From the NCBI GenBank assembly GCA_044445605.1, contig JBIOEA010000006.1, positions 1,918 through 65,917 of the forward strand: a DNA stretch of 64,000 nt. The letters run 5' to 3'. Shown one piece after another: positions 43,863 through 57,600 of the stretch. Within the stretch, counting starts at the first letter, position 1, and every line of letters starts with the position of its first letter. Made by a program: the position numbers and the translations under genes. The stretch comes from Gammaproteobacteria bacterium (GTDB lineage: Bacteria; Pseudomonadota; Gammaproteobacteria; JABCZS01). Below the pieces are notes generated by a model, which saw only the letters and a list, made by a program, of their open reading frames with translations, was not told where the DNA came from and did no database searches.

Positions 43863-45069
43863 GAGACAGCTTCACCGGAACACCTTGCACAAACTGGGTG
43901 CAAGGCAAGGCACGTTGAACTTGCTGACGATCATTCAAGGTCAACACGCCTGTTGCGCCGTCAAATGCATAACTAGGCTGAACAGCCATGCGTTGCAACA
44001 ATGGGATGATTTCATAGGCATCGACACCCATCGCATATAAACGCGTCTGTGGGCGCGGCTGTGTCGGCCACAATTGCTGCACCGTCGTGTCGGGTGTGCC
44101 GACCACGTTGTGCTGTGGCTCTTCCACTAACCAAGGAATGTCACAGAACGTCACGCCATTTAAATCTTGATCCAATTTGGGATTTGGGCTGCCACTGTAT
44201 ACGCTCGCCGTGGCATAAACAGGCCAGCTTTTTGCAAAATAATAAGCAAGCATGGGCGGAATTTGCCGTGCTTCCGTGGGCATCGCCGCCATGAATACCA
44301 TGTCAACGTCATCACGCGCTTTCGCAGGGAATTGCACAGCCTGCCCCGTTCTGGCGGCGAGTTGCACAGCAGCCACTTGCGCATCTTCAATGTGCAATGC
44401 CTTCTTCACCATCTCAGCCATGTTCTCTCTGGGTGTGAAGAAAACCACTTCAGTGATTTCCCCACCCTGCCGAACAAACGCTTGACTGAATGCATCTGCC
44501 ACACGATTGCCCCACGTTCCTTGCTGAATAAACAACAATGCCTTGCGACTGCCATTTTTGTACGCACGTAAGGCCGCTTGCCTGGCTTCGTTCTCCGGCG
44601 TGAGGCCAAATTGGTAAAGTCCCGTTTCTGTAACAGTATCCAATGTGTTCAATGCCAAAATAGGCACTTGAGGATTACCCGTTTTCATCAGAATATCGAG
44701 CGCAGGCTTGGTCAAGGGCCCAACCACAAACTCAGCCCCTTGCGACAGTGCTTTTTGATACGCAGGTAGAACATCTTTATCGTTATTAGTATCGATGACC
44801 ATTATTTTGGGTAGCGCTGCAGAGCGCTCTTTAGCATCTATATAGTAGGCAGCGAAAAACCCCTCTTTGACCGCAGCGCCTTGGGCACTCAATTCACCCT
44901 TGAGGGGGAGCAATAATGCGATGCTCTTGGGGTAAGACAAATGCTCAGCCGCGGTGGGGAATTCAACCTCGTGCGGGGTGGGGACCGTTTCGCACCCCAT
45001 TAACATCATTAAGAAGCATGTTGCCGTGAAGCATGGTAGAATCCGCGAACCCCAAAAAGATTTTTTCAT
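43849..45069 (-). CDS. lpoA: Penicillin-binding protein activator LpoA/LppC family lipoprotein (short form)
   Basis: Lipobox LMGC, IALLLPLKG, VVGPLTK, LALN, FGLTPENEA, RLYAMGVDAY; yraN/rsmI synteny; ATG 45069. Confidence 0.88.
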   Translation of the reverse strand: MKKSFWGSRILPCFTATCFLMMLMGCETVPTPHEVEFPTAAEHLSYPKSIALLLPLKGELSAQGAAVKEGFFAAYYIDAKERSAALPKIMVIDTNNDKDVLPAYQKALSQGAEFVVGPLTKPALDILMKTGNPQVPILALNTLDTVTETGLYQFGLTPENEARQAALRAYKNGSRKALLFIQQGTWGNRVADAFSQAFVRQGGEITEVVFFTPRENMAEMVKKALHIEDAQVAAVQLAARTGQAVQFPAKARDDVDMVFMAAMPTEARQIPPMLAYYFAKSWPVYATASVYSGSPNPKLDQDLNGVTFCDIPWLVEEPQHNVVGTPDTTVQQLWPTQPRPQTRLYAMGVDAYEIIPLLQRMAVQPSYAFDGATGVLTLNDRQQVQRALPCTQFVQGVPVKLSHDEE

Positions 45070-45090
45070 CGTTTTTCCTGTGAGTAGCAA

Positions 45091-45924
45091 ATGGCTGAAA
45101 CTGGTACGTTATACATCGTCGCAACGCCGATTGGTAATTTAGAAGACATAACCCATCGAGCACAGCGTATTTTACACCAGGTTGATACAATTGTGGCGGA
45201 AGATACACGCCATACTGCACATTTGTTAAATCACCTAAATATCAAGCGCCCCTTGATCGCTTACCATGCGCACAATGAAAATGATAAAACTGACTTTGTC
45301 CTGCAAATGCTCCAGGATGGCAAAGACATCGCTTTGGTCAGTGATGCCGGCACTCCGCTCATCAGCGACCCAGGGTTCCCATTGGTTCGAGCCGCTCAAG
45401 AAGCCGGTATCCCCGTTGTCCCCTTGCCAGGACCTTGTGCCTTGATCACCGCATTGTCGGTTTCCGGCCTATCCCCTCTTCCCTTCTACTTTGCCGGCTT
45501 CTTGTCCCCTAAAGCAGGCGCCCGAACCGCCGCATTGGAAGCGTTGAAGCCGTTGACAGCAACATTGATATTTTATGAAGCCCCTCATCGGTTATTAGAT
45601 AGCGTGACTGCGATGGAAACCGTCTTCGGCAACCGCATGGCGTGTTTGGGGCGCGAATTGACTAAGCAGTTTGAAACGGTGATACGTGCGCCGTTACCAG
45701 AATTAGTAGCTCGCATTGCCGCCGACCCCAATCAACAACGCGGTGAAGCCGTTTTATTGGTCGAAGGGAATATGAACACCGAGAATACCGGGGAAGCAGA
45801 CCGTATACTGGCTATCTTATTGCGCGAATTACCCTTGAAACAGGCTGTCGCACTCTGTGCGGAGATCACAGGGGAAGGGAAAAATAGTGTGTATGAGAAG
45901 GCGTTGGTTTGTAAGGGCAGGTAA
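45091..45924 (+). CDS. rsmI: 16S rRNA C1402 2'-O-methyltransferase
   Basis: LYIVATPIGNLEDIT, AEDTR, SDAGTPLISDPG, YEAPHR, RELTK. Confidence 0.97.
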   Translation: MAETGTLYIVATPIGNLEDITHRAQRILHQVDTIVAEDTRHTAHLLNHLNIKRPLIAYHAHNENDKTDFVLQMLQDGKDIALVSDAGTPLISDPGFPLVRAAQEAGIPVVPLPGPCALITALSVSGLSPLPFYFAGFLSPKAGARTAALEALKPLTATLIFYEAPHRLLDSVTAMETVFGNRMACLGRELTKQFETVIRAPLPELVARIAADPNQQRGEAVLLVEGNMNTENTGEADRILAILLRELPLKQAVALCAEITGEGKNSVYEKALVCKGR

Positions 45925-45930
45925 TTTTAA

Positions 45931-47144
<1,214 letters not shown>

Positions 47145-47155
47145 GAGCACATCCT

Positions 47156-47929
47156 GTGAATGCATTTCTTGAGAATATCCGCGCACGTCTTTCGAAAAGT
47201 GCGCTGTGCGTAGGCCTTGATCCTGAACCCAATCTTTTCCCTGATTTTATCCAGGCGCAAGATCACCCTATTTTCACGTTCAATCAAGCCATCATTGATG
47301 CCACGCACGATTTGGTCTGCTGTTATAAACCACAAATCGCGCATTTCGCTGCTGTCGGCGCAGAAGATGAATTGGAAATGACGATTGATTATCTGAAAGA
47401 ATATTATCCTGATATCCCCATTATTTTGGATGCCAAACGTGGCGACATTGGCGCTACGGCTGAAAAATATGCCATTGAAGCGTTTGGACGTTATGGCGCG
47501 GATGCATTAACCGTCAACCCCTATTTAGGCCCAGATAGCATTGAGCCTTATTTGGATTATGATGACACAGGTGTTTTTGTCCTCTGTCATACATCCAATC
47601 CAGGTGCTGATACATTGCAAGGCTTAATCGCCAATGGTAAACCCATTTACGAGCATGTGGTCGAGATGACATTAGCGTTAGACACGGACACCCCGGTTGG
47701 GTTTGTTGTCGGTGGCACAGCACCCGATATCATTGCCAACGTGCGAACATTAGCGCCAGAAGCATTATTGCTGATCCCAGGTGTTGGCACTCAGGGCGGT
47801 GATTTTAAAACCTGCCGTGAAGCCGGTGGCAAGCATGCCATCATCAGCGTATCACGCGCCATTTTATACGCCTCTCAAGGTAAGGATTTTGCCAAGATGG
47901 CACGTGTTGCTGCTCAATCGTTTAAGTAG
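47156..47929 (+). CDS. pyrF: Orotidine 5'-phosphate decarboxylase (subfamily 2)
   Basis: LCVGLDP, YKPQIA, LDAKRGDIG.T, TSNPG, LIPGVG.QGG, SRAILYAS. Confidence 0.95.
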   Translation: MNAFLENIRARLSKSALCVGLDPEPNLFPDFIQAQDHPIFTFNQAIIDATHDLVCCYKPQIAHFAAVGAEDELEMTIDYLKEYYPDIPIILDAKRGDIGATAEKYAIEAFGRYGADALTVNPYLGPDSIEPYLDYDDTGVFVLCHTSNPGADTLQGLIANGKPIYEHVVEMTLALDTDTPVGFVVGGTAPDIIANVRTLAPEALLLIPGVGTQGGDFKTCREAGGKHAIISVSRAILYASQGKDFAKMARVAAQSFK

Positions 47930-47948
47930 TTATTATTAAGGTTGTACC

Positions 47949-50900
47949 ATGAAATCTGTTGTTGATTTACCACGCGTTCCTGTTTATGTATCACTGCCTG
48001 ATGACATCAGAAGGCAAGGATCAGCGATAACCACTGCATGCATCGAACAGCTGGGTATAGGGCACCGGGACATTACCCTCTGGGTAGGTGGCGCTGATGC
48101 TTATAAATTCATCTCAAATCATTATCAACCAGAATCATTTGCGCCATTATGCATCTACATTCATATAAAAGATAATGAGGCGGCATCCATCGTTACTCGG
48201 GAACAGATATTACTTGCTGCACTTGCAAAAGAACCCAGTCTATCCAACATGCAACTCTTGTTTGAACAAAGCTATCCACTTTCAAATGGGGATTTCAAAA
48301 TTGAGATGTTAACGGGCAAGGTTTTTCACCCCTTCCCGGAGGTTAAACCCACCCATAACAATACTCAACAACCACCCTACATCGATTCACGCCTATTTCT
48401 TTATAGCAACATCATTATCACGCCTTTATTAGGGCAGATTATCAATGATGCTCATCTTCTTGCATCAAACACGGCAGCTGAAAACAATATTCCCCTTAAG
48501 ACGTTATCGAATATTTTGATAGCTTATTTCATCTGGATCACGTCTGGAAAGCTTTTCCATCCCGATGTCGCCATGCTCGTTTCAAGACTATTCAATGACG
48601 CTCAATACGCGAATCTTGTCTCAGATTTAGAAAAAATACATCCATTACCTCCCTATATGACATTTTCTGACTGCATTCATCGATTCAAAAAAGAATCACA
48701 AGACAGCATCACACTCTCACGGATAGCGCAACATCCTTTAATAGTGCATCTTGAATCAACCCGTACATCACTGGGGCAAGTTCAAGCAGAAAACAGCACG
48801 CTCAAAGAACAACTATCACATCTTTCTCAGGAAACAAATGAACTTGGCGTTGAGCTTGCATCGGTAAGGGAAAAAGAACTCAACAGTAAAAATGAAGCCA
48901 TTGCATTGATGAAAGCCGAATTTGAAAAAGAAAAAGCAGCCTTAAAAGCAACATTGGCTGCAACGCAAACCAAACTCAGCGAGGCAACCCATAAAAACAA
49001 ACAGCTCACAGAAGCACAGAAAAAAGATGCTCAAGAAATTAAAAGATTAAGCGACATAAACAAAAAAAAGGAAAAAGATACAACACACATCAACTTGAAA
49101 GAGAAGGTTGTAAAACTGGAGGCTGAGAAAGCGGCTTTGTCACAGAAAAACAATAGTCTCAATAATGAAAAAATTGCGCTTGAAAAAGATTTAGCTGAAG
49201 CAAAAGCCGCTTCTGCAAAACAAAGTGCATCTCACACCAGCACAACAGCACCGGCAATCTCGCCCGTCACAGCAATCATTGAACAACCCAAAAAAGCATC
49301 GGCAACGGCTGATGGGATTAAACATATTTTTGCATGGTATATGCTCGAGATGCTCTCGGGCGGTGATAACCGTGCTGAGATACCGGAGCTGACCTCCCTA
49401 TTTGTTCATGACAATCAAGAAAAGCGCATTGGTCTGAAAACACATCCGAAAGCTGTTGAGCTCGCTGGGAATAAGTATCAGACACTAAAGCAAGCAGCCA
49501 ACGCGGCACAACAACTCAAGTTGATTTACGAAACGATTCGAAAATGGAATATCGAATCCGATGAGCCCGAAACAATGGATGCGGACGTGTTCAAGCTTAT
49601 CATTTCAGAAGATGCCAAAAATGATTCTCTCAGCTGTAGTCTCAATCAATTTAAAACGACAGAGCAACGAGTCAATGAATTCGCCGATCTTACGCATTAC
49701 CTTCTGAATTTTGTTCAGCTGACAGATAACAATCAAACATGTATCACCAAACTCAATAAGCTCCTCAGTATACTTCGTGGAGATGCAGAAAATGTTAAAA
49801 ATCTCACACAAGCATTGATGAGCAAGTTAAACAGAATTAGCGCTATTCATCACATCCATGTCAAATATACAGAACTTATATTACAATCAATAGATGATTA
49901 TGAAATCAAGCCAGGCGTATACGGTTCAACACGCTTTCGTTTACATGTTAAATTTACTGAAAGCCGTAAAGAATTTCTTGAAAAACTGCAATCACTCGTT
50001 TGTGCTGATGGTGAATATCGCGAGGCTCAATTACGCTTTATTGAGACACTCGCTTGCATTAAAAAGACCACCAAAAGACATCTCACACCCGAAATGCTGG
50101 ATGACCTTAATTTAGTATTTATCACACAACATCGATATCATTTATGCAAGCCAACCCTCGAGGCCTATTTAAATGAGCGCCGCTTTAAACCCGATGAAGC
50201 TTTTAAAAGGATGATTGCTGATCTTGTGAGAGTGTATCCGCACGAGAACCCACCCGAAATCATGTCTAGCTTTTTCATATCCTGTGGCCTATGGTCATCG
50301 GATGATCGAAATAAAAAAATCATTAAAGGTCACCCGCTGCTACGAGCATCATCCCAGCTCGTATCCGAAAACTTTATCAAAAACTTTAATCAACCAGAAG
50401 AACCCGCTGCAAAAGCCGAAAAACTCAAAACTGCCTTTATAAATGCACGTGCCGAAATCCATAAACTATTTCCAAATGCAAACCTTGAGACATGTGATGC
50501 GGTTTTATTAACGATCATTGATAGCGTTAAAATGCACTTTGTGGGTGAACAAGCCTCAGACCAAGCCTCATTTGTTGCGTTAACAAAGATTCATACAGGC
50601 GTAGAAATTCTGAGAAAACAAAAAAACACCGGTGCTTCTTCCAGCTCATCGCCCCAAGAAAAATCAAACGTAAATAACGCCGAAAATGCAACATTGAAAC
50701 ATTTGCTGGCACTCTTTTTGGTAGAAGTTATACAACATTTATTAAATCAGGACCCGGCTTTACCTCATAAAGCATTCAGTAGCTCTGAGGGATCCGCTCA
50801 ACTGAGCGAAAGACTGTCGAAGCTCACTCATCCACAGAAAACTGCGATTCAGGAACTTGCAAAACTCCTGCCTGAAAATTCAGACCAGTATGTTACAAAT

Positions 50901-51614
50901 CACACCGCGCTGCGCTTGACTTATATCCTTGTCGCTATTAGCTCGCTGAATACTGAAGATAGTGATCAATTGTTTGCAGGTCTATCTCAACATTTGATGA
51001 GCCTAGACAATGACCGTGAAGTGAATGAGGGCATAACGATGAGTGACGAGATGGCAACGGCCAGATTTAGCACCATTCGAAATCAATTTAAACTTATCCA
51101 TCAATTTATACATGATGACAATATAACTCTTTTCTGCAATCCTGAGTCATTGCGAAAGAAATCACCTTTGGTGTCAGGTGAAAATGGAATCCTTAAAACA
51201 AAAGCCGCTGACCTCGTATTTAAATTCATACACATCGGCGACACTCATCGATTTTTAGTCAACAATAAGTATGCCATCCTAGAAGCTTACTCATCACATG
51301 TTTTAAAGCAGAAATTCAGTGCTGCAGCAATTGATTTTTATAAAGACTATTCTAAGGTCATAAAATCAGTGCCACAAGACATGCTTGAACATGCTGAACA
51401 GTATTTCTTAAAGGACATATCAGATTACAAGGAATATATAAAACCTGCTCTAGCCACGATGAGCCAATGGAACGCATTAAAAAGCAAGCTACAAAATGAA
51501 GTCGTACACGTGCACACACAAAAGACTGACGGCCTTGTAACCTTCACAGGGCCAACCGTGAGCTCAAATGATGTCAAGCCACCACAAAAATCCACATCAT
51601 TAGGTAAAAAATAG
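47949..51614 (+). CDS. Large hypothetical modular protein with coiled coil (candidate secreted effector)
   Basis: 1221-aa ORF; central coiled coil; clear paralogy to the next ORF (GG.DAYK, TGKVFHPFP, PPYIDS, YFIWI.SGK). Confidence 0.85.
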   Translation: MKSVVDLPRVPVYVSLPDDIRRQGSAITTACIEQLGIGHRDITLWVGGADAYKFISNHYQPESFAPLCIYIHIKDNEAASIVTREQILLAALAKEPSLSNMQLLFEQSYPLSNGDFKIEMLTGKVFHPFPEVKPTHNNTQQPPYIDSRLFLYSNIIITPLLGQIINDAHLLASNTAAENNIPLKTLSNILIAYFIWITSGKLFHPDVAMLVSRLFNDAQYANLVSDLEKIHPLPPYMTFSDCIHRFKKESQDSITLSRIAQHPLIVHLESTRTSLGQVQAENSTLKEQLSHLSQETNELGVELASVREKELNSKNEAIALMKAEFEKEKAALKATLAATQTKLSEATHKNKQLTEAQKKDAQEIKRLSDINKKKEKDTTHINLKEKVVKLEAEKAALSQKNNSLNNEKIALEKDLAEAKAASAKQSASHTSTTAPAISPVTAIIEQPKKASATADGIKHIFAWYMLEMLSGGDNRAEIPELTSLFVHDNQEKRIGLKTHPKAVELAGNKYQTLKQAANAAQQLKLIYETIRKWNIESDEPETMDADVFKLIISEDAKNDSLSCSLNQFKTTEQRVNEFADLTHYLLNFVQLTDNNQTCITKLNKLLSILRGDAENVKNLTQALMSKLNRISAIHHIHVKYTELILQSIDDYEIKPGVYGSTRFRLHVKFTESRKEFLEKLQSLVCADGEYREAQLRFIETLACIKKTTKRHLTPEMLDDLNLVFITQHRYHLCKPTLEAYLNERRFKPDEAFKRMIADLVRVYPHENPPEIMSSFFISCGLWSSDDRNKKIIKGHPLLRASSQLVSENFIKNFNQPEEPAAKAEKLKTAFINARAEIHKLFPNANLETCDAVLLTIIDSVKMHFVGEQASDQASFVALTKIHTGVEILRKQKNTGASSSSSPQEKSNVNNAENATLKHLLALFLVEVIQHLLNQDPALPHKAFSSSEGSAQLSERLSKLTHPQKTAIQELAKLLPENSDQYVTNHTALRLTYILVAISSLNTEDSDQLFAGLSQHLMSLDNDREVNEGITMSDEMATARFSTIRNQFKLIHQFIHDDNITLFCNPESLRKKSPLVSGENGILKTKAADLVFKFIHIGDTHRFLVNNKYAILEAYSSHVLKQKFSAAAIDFYKDYSKVIKSVPQDMLEHAEQYFLKDISDYKEYIKPALATMSQWNALKSKLQNEVVHVHTQKTDGLVTFTGPTVSSNDVKPPQKSTSLGKK

Positions 51615-51632
51615 TTATCAGAGGCTGTACCC

Positions 51633-54600
51633 ATGAAATCAAATACTGAATTGCAGTTTATTGCCGCGTTACCACTTGTCCCGTTTGCCGTATTAATCTC
51701 CAGATCACTAGAAGCAACACACTACAATGAACTCTTGGCCCAATTATCAGCCGTTAGAATAGCCTGTGGAAGCCATCTTGGCATACCTCCCCAACTTGTT
51801 ACCCTCAAGATTGGTGGCATTGATGCCTACAAACTTATTACTAAAACTTATGATGCTCCCATGTGCGCCCCACTTGAAATCCATGTTGAAGTCAGCGAAC
51901 ACTTATCTGAAAAATTGCTGGATAAGCAAAAGGATATCCTAGAATCTGCCTGTGCACTCAACAACAGCCTATCTAACATCAATATATTCTTTCAACGTAT
52001 CCCCCCGATATCTAATGGTCAATTCATGATAGAGGATATTACCGGCAAAGTATTCCACCCCTTTCCGGACAAAAAGCATAACAACAGTAACAGCAAAAAA
52101 CCACCTTATATTGATTCAGGTATTTTTATTTATCAACATAAAATCATCACGCCGGGTTTGGCACAAACGATTGAAACCGCTAATTTAGGCGTTTCCAAGA
52201 ATACTGCTCCTACAAAAAATGAAGCGCTCAATGTATTGGCCTTTACCATCAAATCATATTTTATCTGGATACGATCCGGCAAAAGTTTATCTGGAGAAAT
52301 GGCAGACATTTTTGTTGCATTTTGCAATGAAGAAAAATATCAAGCGCTTCGCCGTGACTTAGCAAAGGTACAAGAACTTCCTCCAGGATACACATTCGAT
52401 CAATTGTTGAAGGACATCAAACTTCATCCAAAGCACGAAGAAGCTATTCTGAAATCTGCGAGAAAGCCAATTCAAGACGCACTTGACGCAACGGAAGCTG
52501 AGGCAGGGGAATTAAAAAACCAACTGCTCCAATCCCAAGAAGATCATGCGGCTACTCAGGCAGCACTTGCAAAAACCACCGCTGAACTCGAAAGGTTCAA
52601 AGGGAAAGACACATTCACCTCGCTCATGCACAACCTAACATCACAACAGCTTGCGCAAGTCGATGAACAACGAAAATCATTAAAAAATGAAAACGCGGAG
52701 CTCATTAAAGAAAAGTCTGTATTAGAGGCGAAACTACTCTCAACTGAAAAAAGTTTACAGGCATCTCAACATACCGTCGCGCGACATGAAACCGCATCGA
52801 ATACAGCGGAAGCAAGAATCGCCGAGCTCGAAGCTCAATTAGCTGCCGCCAAAAAAGCAGCTGAGACAGAAAAAGGTAAAAACAAACACCTTGTCTCAGA
52901 AAATACTGCCTTAATAGCCAAAGCGAAGAAATCAGAGGATGAAACTAAACGCATCGCAGAAAAAAAAGATGCTGAAATCACCGCACTGACAGCAAAGATA
53001 AGAACCCTCGAATCTGGCACAGCCACTCTCTTTAAAAAAAACCATGCACTTAATCAAAAAGTCACTGCCCTCGAGAAATCCTTCACTGAATTAAACGCGC
53101 CTACCGCAAAAAAGCCTGTAACGGCCACAACAATGGATATCCCGACTCCTGCTTCTGTTCCTACGGTAACCACCCAACCCGTCATGGAACCCGAAGCGAG
53201 CCAAACCGACATCGCAACAACTTCATCATCCATTCAACCCATTGAAACGTCCCAAGCTATTTTGCCTGAAAGCACCACTCAACCTAAAAACAGCAAACCC
53301 GCACTGGGTACCGAAGAAATTCTCGTAGAGATTAAAAAACGGTTATCATGGTATCTTCTAAAAATGTTCTCCTCTGAGGATCCAGCGAACTTCCCCCGTT
53401 TTGAAAAAATCGTAAATGAATATTCTGAGACACCAGAAAATGAAATCCTCTCCGATTTCCAACACTCACCTATCCTTAAGAAGGCTGTCACAAATGCAAA
53501 AACAGCTCAAAATTTGGCCTCGAATTTACAAATGATATTTGCAAAAATTCGCGCCATCCCACTTAATAGCGATACAGCCATAAGCATTGAGGAACTCATG
53601 CTTGCCATAGACAACTATATAGACTCCGCTTTTTGCGCCACCAACACATTCAAATCAACAGCTGAACGAATGGGTGATTTCGGCACTACGTTGCTTTTAA
53701 TGCTCGATTTCTTAAGGCACACTCAAAATAATGCACAAACCATCACCATCATCGAAATGTTTACCCATTTTTTACGCAGCGAAAAATCTGATGACATTGC
53801 TTCCAAAGATGCGATTCTTGCAAAATTAGACAGAATTAGCAGCATTCATCATCATCTTCTTAAGCATCAAACACTCATCAGTAGAGCGCGCGCTTTATTC
53901 AGCAAGTTCCTTGAGGATCCTCAAACAGAGATTGACCCACACCTATTGGAACTCCCTCTTGACTTCGTTGATTTTCACGAAAAACTTCGCCACTATAACG
54001 ATGACGAATTTGTATTGTCGAAAAAACGCTTTTGCCAAACACTTGCCATGCCATCCTCCAAACAAACGGCGAATATTTCGACAGAACAGCTTGATAATAT
54101 CTTGATGATATTTAAACAGAAATATCGATTTCACGTAGTAAAAGAGACATGTTTTCCATTCATCCAAACATACTTTGAAACCATTGCAAAAAAACCAAAA
54201 AACAAACTGGCAAGCAAGAAATTTCTCGAAAAAGTTTGCACGACTACTTACGTCGCAATGATCGACGCGCTTAAAGCAACATTTCCGGATCAACCGCCCA
54301 CCATCATCTTTGAAAATTACATGTATGCTCTGTCACGATGGTCGGCTGTCAGTACTAACCCGAAAATCCATCACGATTCCCCTCTGTTTCGTGAGATCAC
54401 CATTTTACTATCGGAAGATTTCATTAACAATCTGAAAAAAACAAAAACGCCTAAGGAGCAAACTGATACAGTATATGCTGGCATTAGCCTGGCGTTAGTT
54501 GAATTCACTGAACGAAAAATATTTGATATCCCTCAACGTGAACAGCTAGTTTGTTTGGCGCACATCCTCGCTCACATCGATGTATCAGCGACATATCTAA

Positions 54601-57600
54601 ATGATCGCATCATCTATAGGATGATTCATGCCGGACTGACGCTAGGCTTCGCAAACGCTCCTTCTCCTGCGGTCACACAAGCACCGGCCACATTGACAAC
54701 CGAACTCACCCCAAGTGAACTGAAATCAATGCTGTGCACATATTTGAGTGGTTGTTTGGCAGAACAAAAGTCAAGCGCAAAAGTTATCAATGAAATCGCG
54801 CCTTTCAACAAAAGTATCGATAGATTTCGGTGTCTCATACAATTACCTTCTTATTTAAACGAGCAGAAAAAACCCGGTTTTATGGACATGCTCAAAGCGC
54901 TTCCCACTGTTTCAACCGTCGAGCAGGCGCATGATGTTGCTACGCTCTACGTTTCTTTCATTCAGTCGTTTCATTACTTGTCTTCTGAAACAGTGCACAC
55001 TGACTTCGAACTTCAGGTATTCGAGTTGTTTGCAGCCCTCGATAATACTACTAAAACATCCATATTACCTGTGCCCGAACGGTGTGACCAATTGATCTCC
55101 TTCTTAAGACAAGTGTGTGATTTCATGGATGCATGGAACACATATCAGAAAGCTTACAACACTGATGATACTGTCTTTATCAACACTGCAAAAAAAGCAC
55201 TTGCATTACTGGATGAAAAAGCAGTAAAAGAAAAACTCGTGCACAAATTAGAGCGCGTAGGCAAACTCTTTCGCTTTCTTTGTGACAATATCAGTATCTT
55301 TACCAACGCATTTAAAGTCTTAGAGGATAACAACAATAAGAGCGCCTCATTCAATGACGATGAAAGGCACTTTTACATTAATCTTTCCAATCTCATTGGC
55401 GATAGTAAATTAAACGACCCTGCTGAGTTTTGTATTGCGCAACAATGTTTTGTCAAGCATATCCGTCTAATGCACCCCTCGACGACACAGATTAAGCCAA
55501 TCCACGTAGCACTCGTATTAACGGTGATGAATGCCGGGTTCAGCGCACTTTCTGAAAAGCAAGTTCCGCTGCCCGTGAATGTAAATAAAGACGCCTTGAG
55601 GCTTCTATCAACACTCATCGAAGCAAATATAAAACGTCTTCATCATGAAAACCCAGAAGCGCTTAATCAATTTATGTCCAAAAACTACCCTGAAAAACCC
55701 GATCCTGAACACCTGCGCAAGATATTGGTTTTGTTTTTGATCGTGCGCATCCAAGAATTGGATAATCCTAAACCTAACCAATATGTTGAAGCCCTCGGTC
55801 ATTGCTACGAGGATCTGGGAAAAAAACTTAAAATCCTTGAATTGGATAAGAGCAAAAAGGGTCTGGGCGAATCAATCCATGAACTTGCAAAACTCTTCCC
55901 CCTCCACACCACGGTGGGTGACGCGGAAAACTTGGCCTTTTTCCTAACGCAAGGGTTGCATATTATGGCATCCCTGAAGGGTAAAAAAGGTGACGTACTT
56001 TTCACGGATCTTTCAAATGCTCTCGTCGATCTTGACAATGAATCTCAACATAATATGGAAAGTCATATCTACGATAAAATTGCCACCGTACGCGTCAATT
56101 ATCTATGCGATCGTTTTAGGTTCATTATGACATTTTTACATCACGCCAGCCTTGCGCAGTTTAAAAATACAAGACATTTGGGCGTCATCTCTCACGATAT
56201 CGTTACCGAGCTCACAAATGAGAAAAACATGCAGCCGCTGCAATGGATGTTTACAGTCGTGGGTGATACACATCGATACCTTTTCAACCACATTGATACT
56301 ATTTTGGAAGCACTTAAACGCCTCCAACATCAGCAACCCTTCGACGACAAAATAATGAAATTTTACGAATCCTGTCCAAAGGTGATTCAAAATTCGGATG
56401 GAACCTCTAAGGCAGAAAAATATTTTCTGGCAGACATCGAACGTCTTGCTCAAGTTAGCGGTTCTTCTTGTCCATCGCTTAGCAGTGAGCAGTGGATGAC
56501 ATTAAAAAAAGCCCTCAATACTACTGCCCACAAAACATGGTCCCCCAGTGATGAAATCAAAGATGCGCTTGCTTGGCACATCATGAAATCTGTCACCGAC
56601 CACACATGCTCACTGGAACCATTGAGAACCCATTATCGTGAGCAAGCGTTGGCACCAAAACACGAAAAACACAAAGAAGCACTTGCGTTGCTCCCCGCTG
56701 AAATCACCGCGAATATTAATGCTGCCAATATCTTTGCTGCCGATGTAAAAATGATTTTGCGCTATATCGTGAACGTCCCATCCAAAGCTGACATAAAAGA
56801 TACTTTAATTAACTTTATCCTTACGATGGACAAGGATCATGATTCCTTTTATTGCGCCTCAGGAAAGACATTACCAGTCAATCAAAGACTAGCAAGCATT
56901 CGCAGCCCACTAGGTCACTTATTGAGTTTCCTAAAGCTCACCGACAATCATGCACAGCATATTATCCTTATTGAAAAGCTGATAACCATGATGGAGGGAA
57001 CAACGGAAGAGAATAATACGACTATGTCTCTCTTGCATGCCAAAATGGAACACATTGGAAATATTCATCATCACTTTTTTACGCATAAGTCCGTTATTTT
57101 TGCTCTTATCAATCATTCCACGGGCATGACTGATCCCGATAAAATAGCTGTTATTACCCCTGCCATGACAGAGCTCAACAAAGATGAAAAGGTTTTTATG
57201 GAAGGGCTCAAGTTCCCGCCATCAATAACAAAGGAAGATGAGAAACAGTATATCGAAGCATACAACGATGCTAAATCGAGATTCCTTAACACACTTCTCC
57301 TCATAACCCAGCGAGAAAAAAACGCTACCACTCAAACCATGTCATCAGTCGAACTGGACAACGCACTCGATCTGCTTGCTAGAAAACAACAAGTCACGCT
57401 TGCATGCGAAACATGCCACCCAATACTGCGCACCTATCTGGGTTCGACCATAACACCCAAAAAAACTCGAAACACGTTTGAATCCATGATTACAGCACTG
57501 AAGAAAGCATCCCCTGAATCAGATCATGATGTCATTATTTTTAATTTCATCTATGCATGTAGACGTTGGACATTCTTGTCGGAAAAGCATGGCTATAAAA

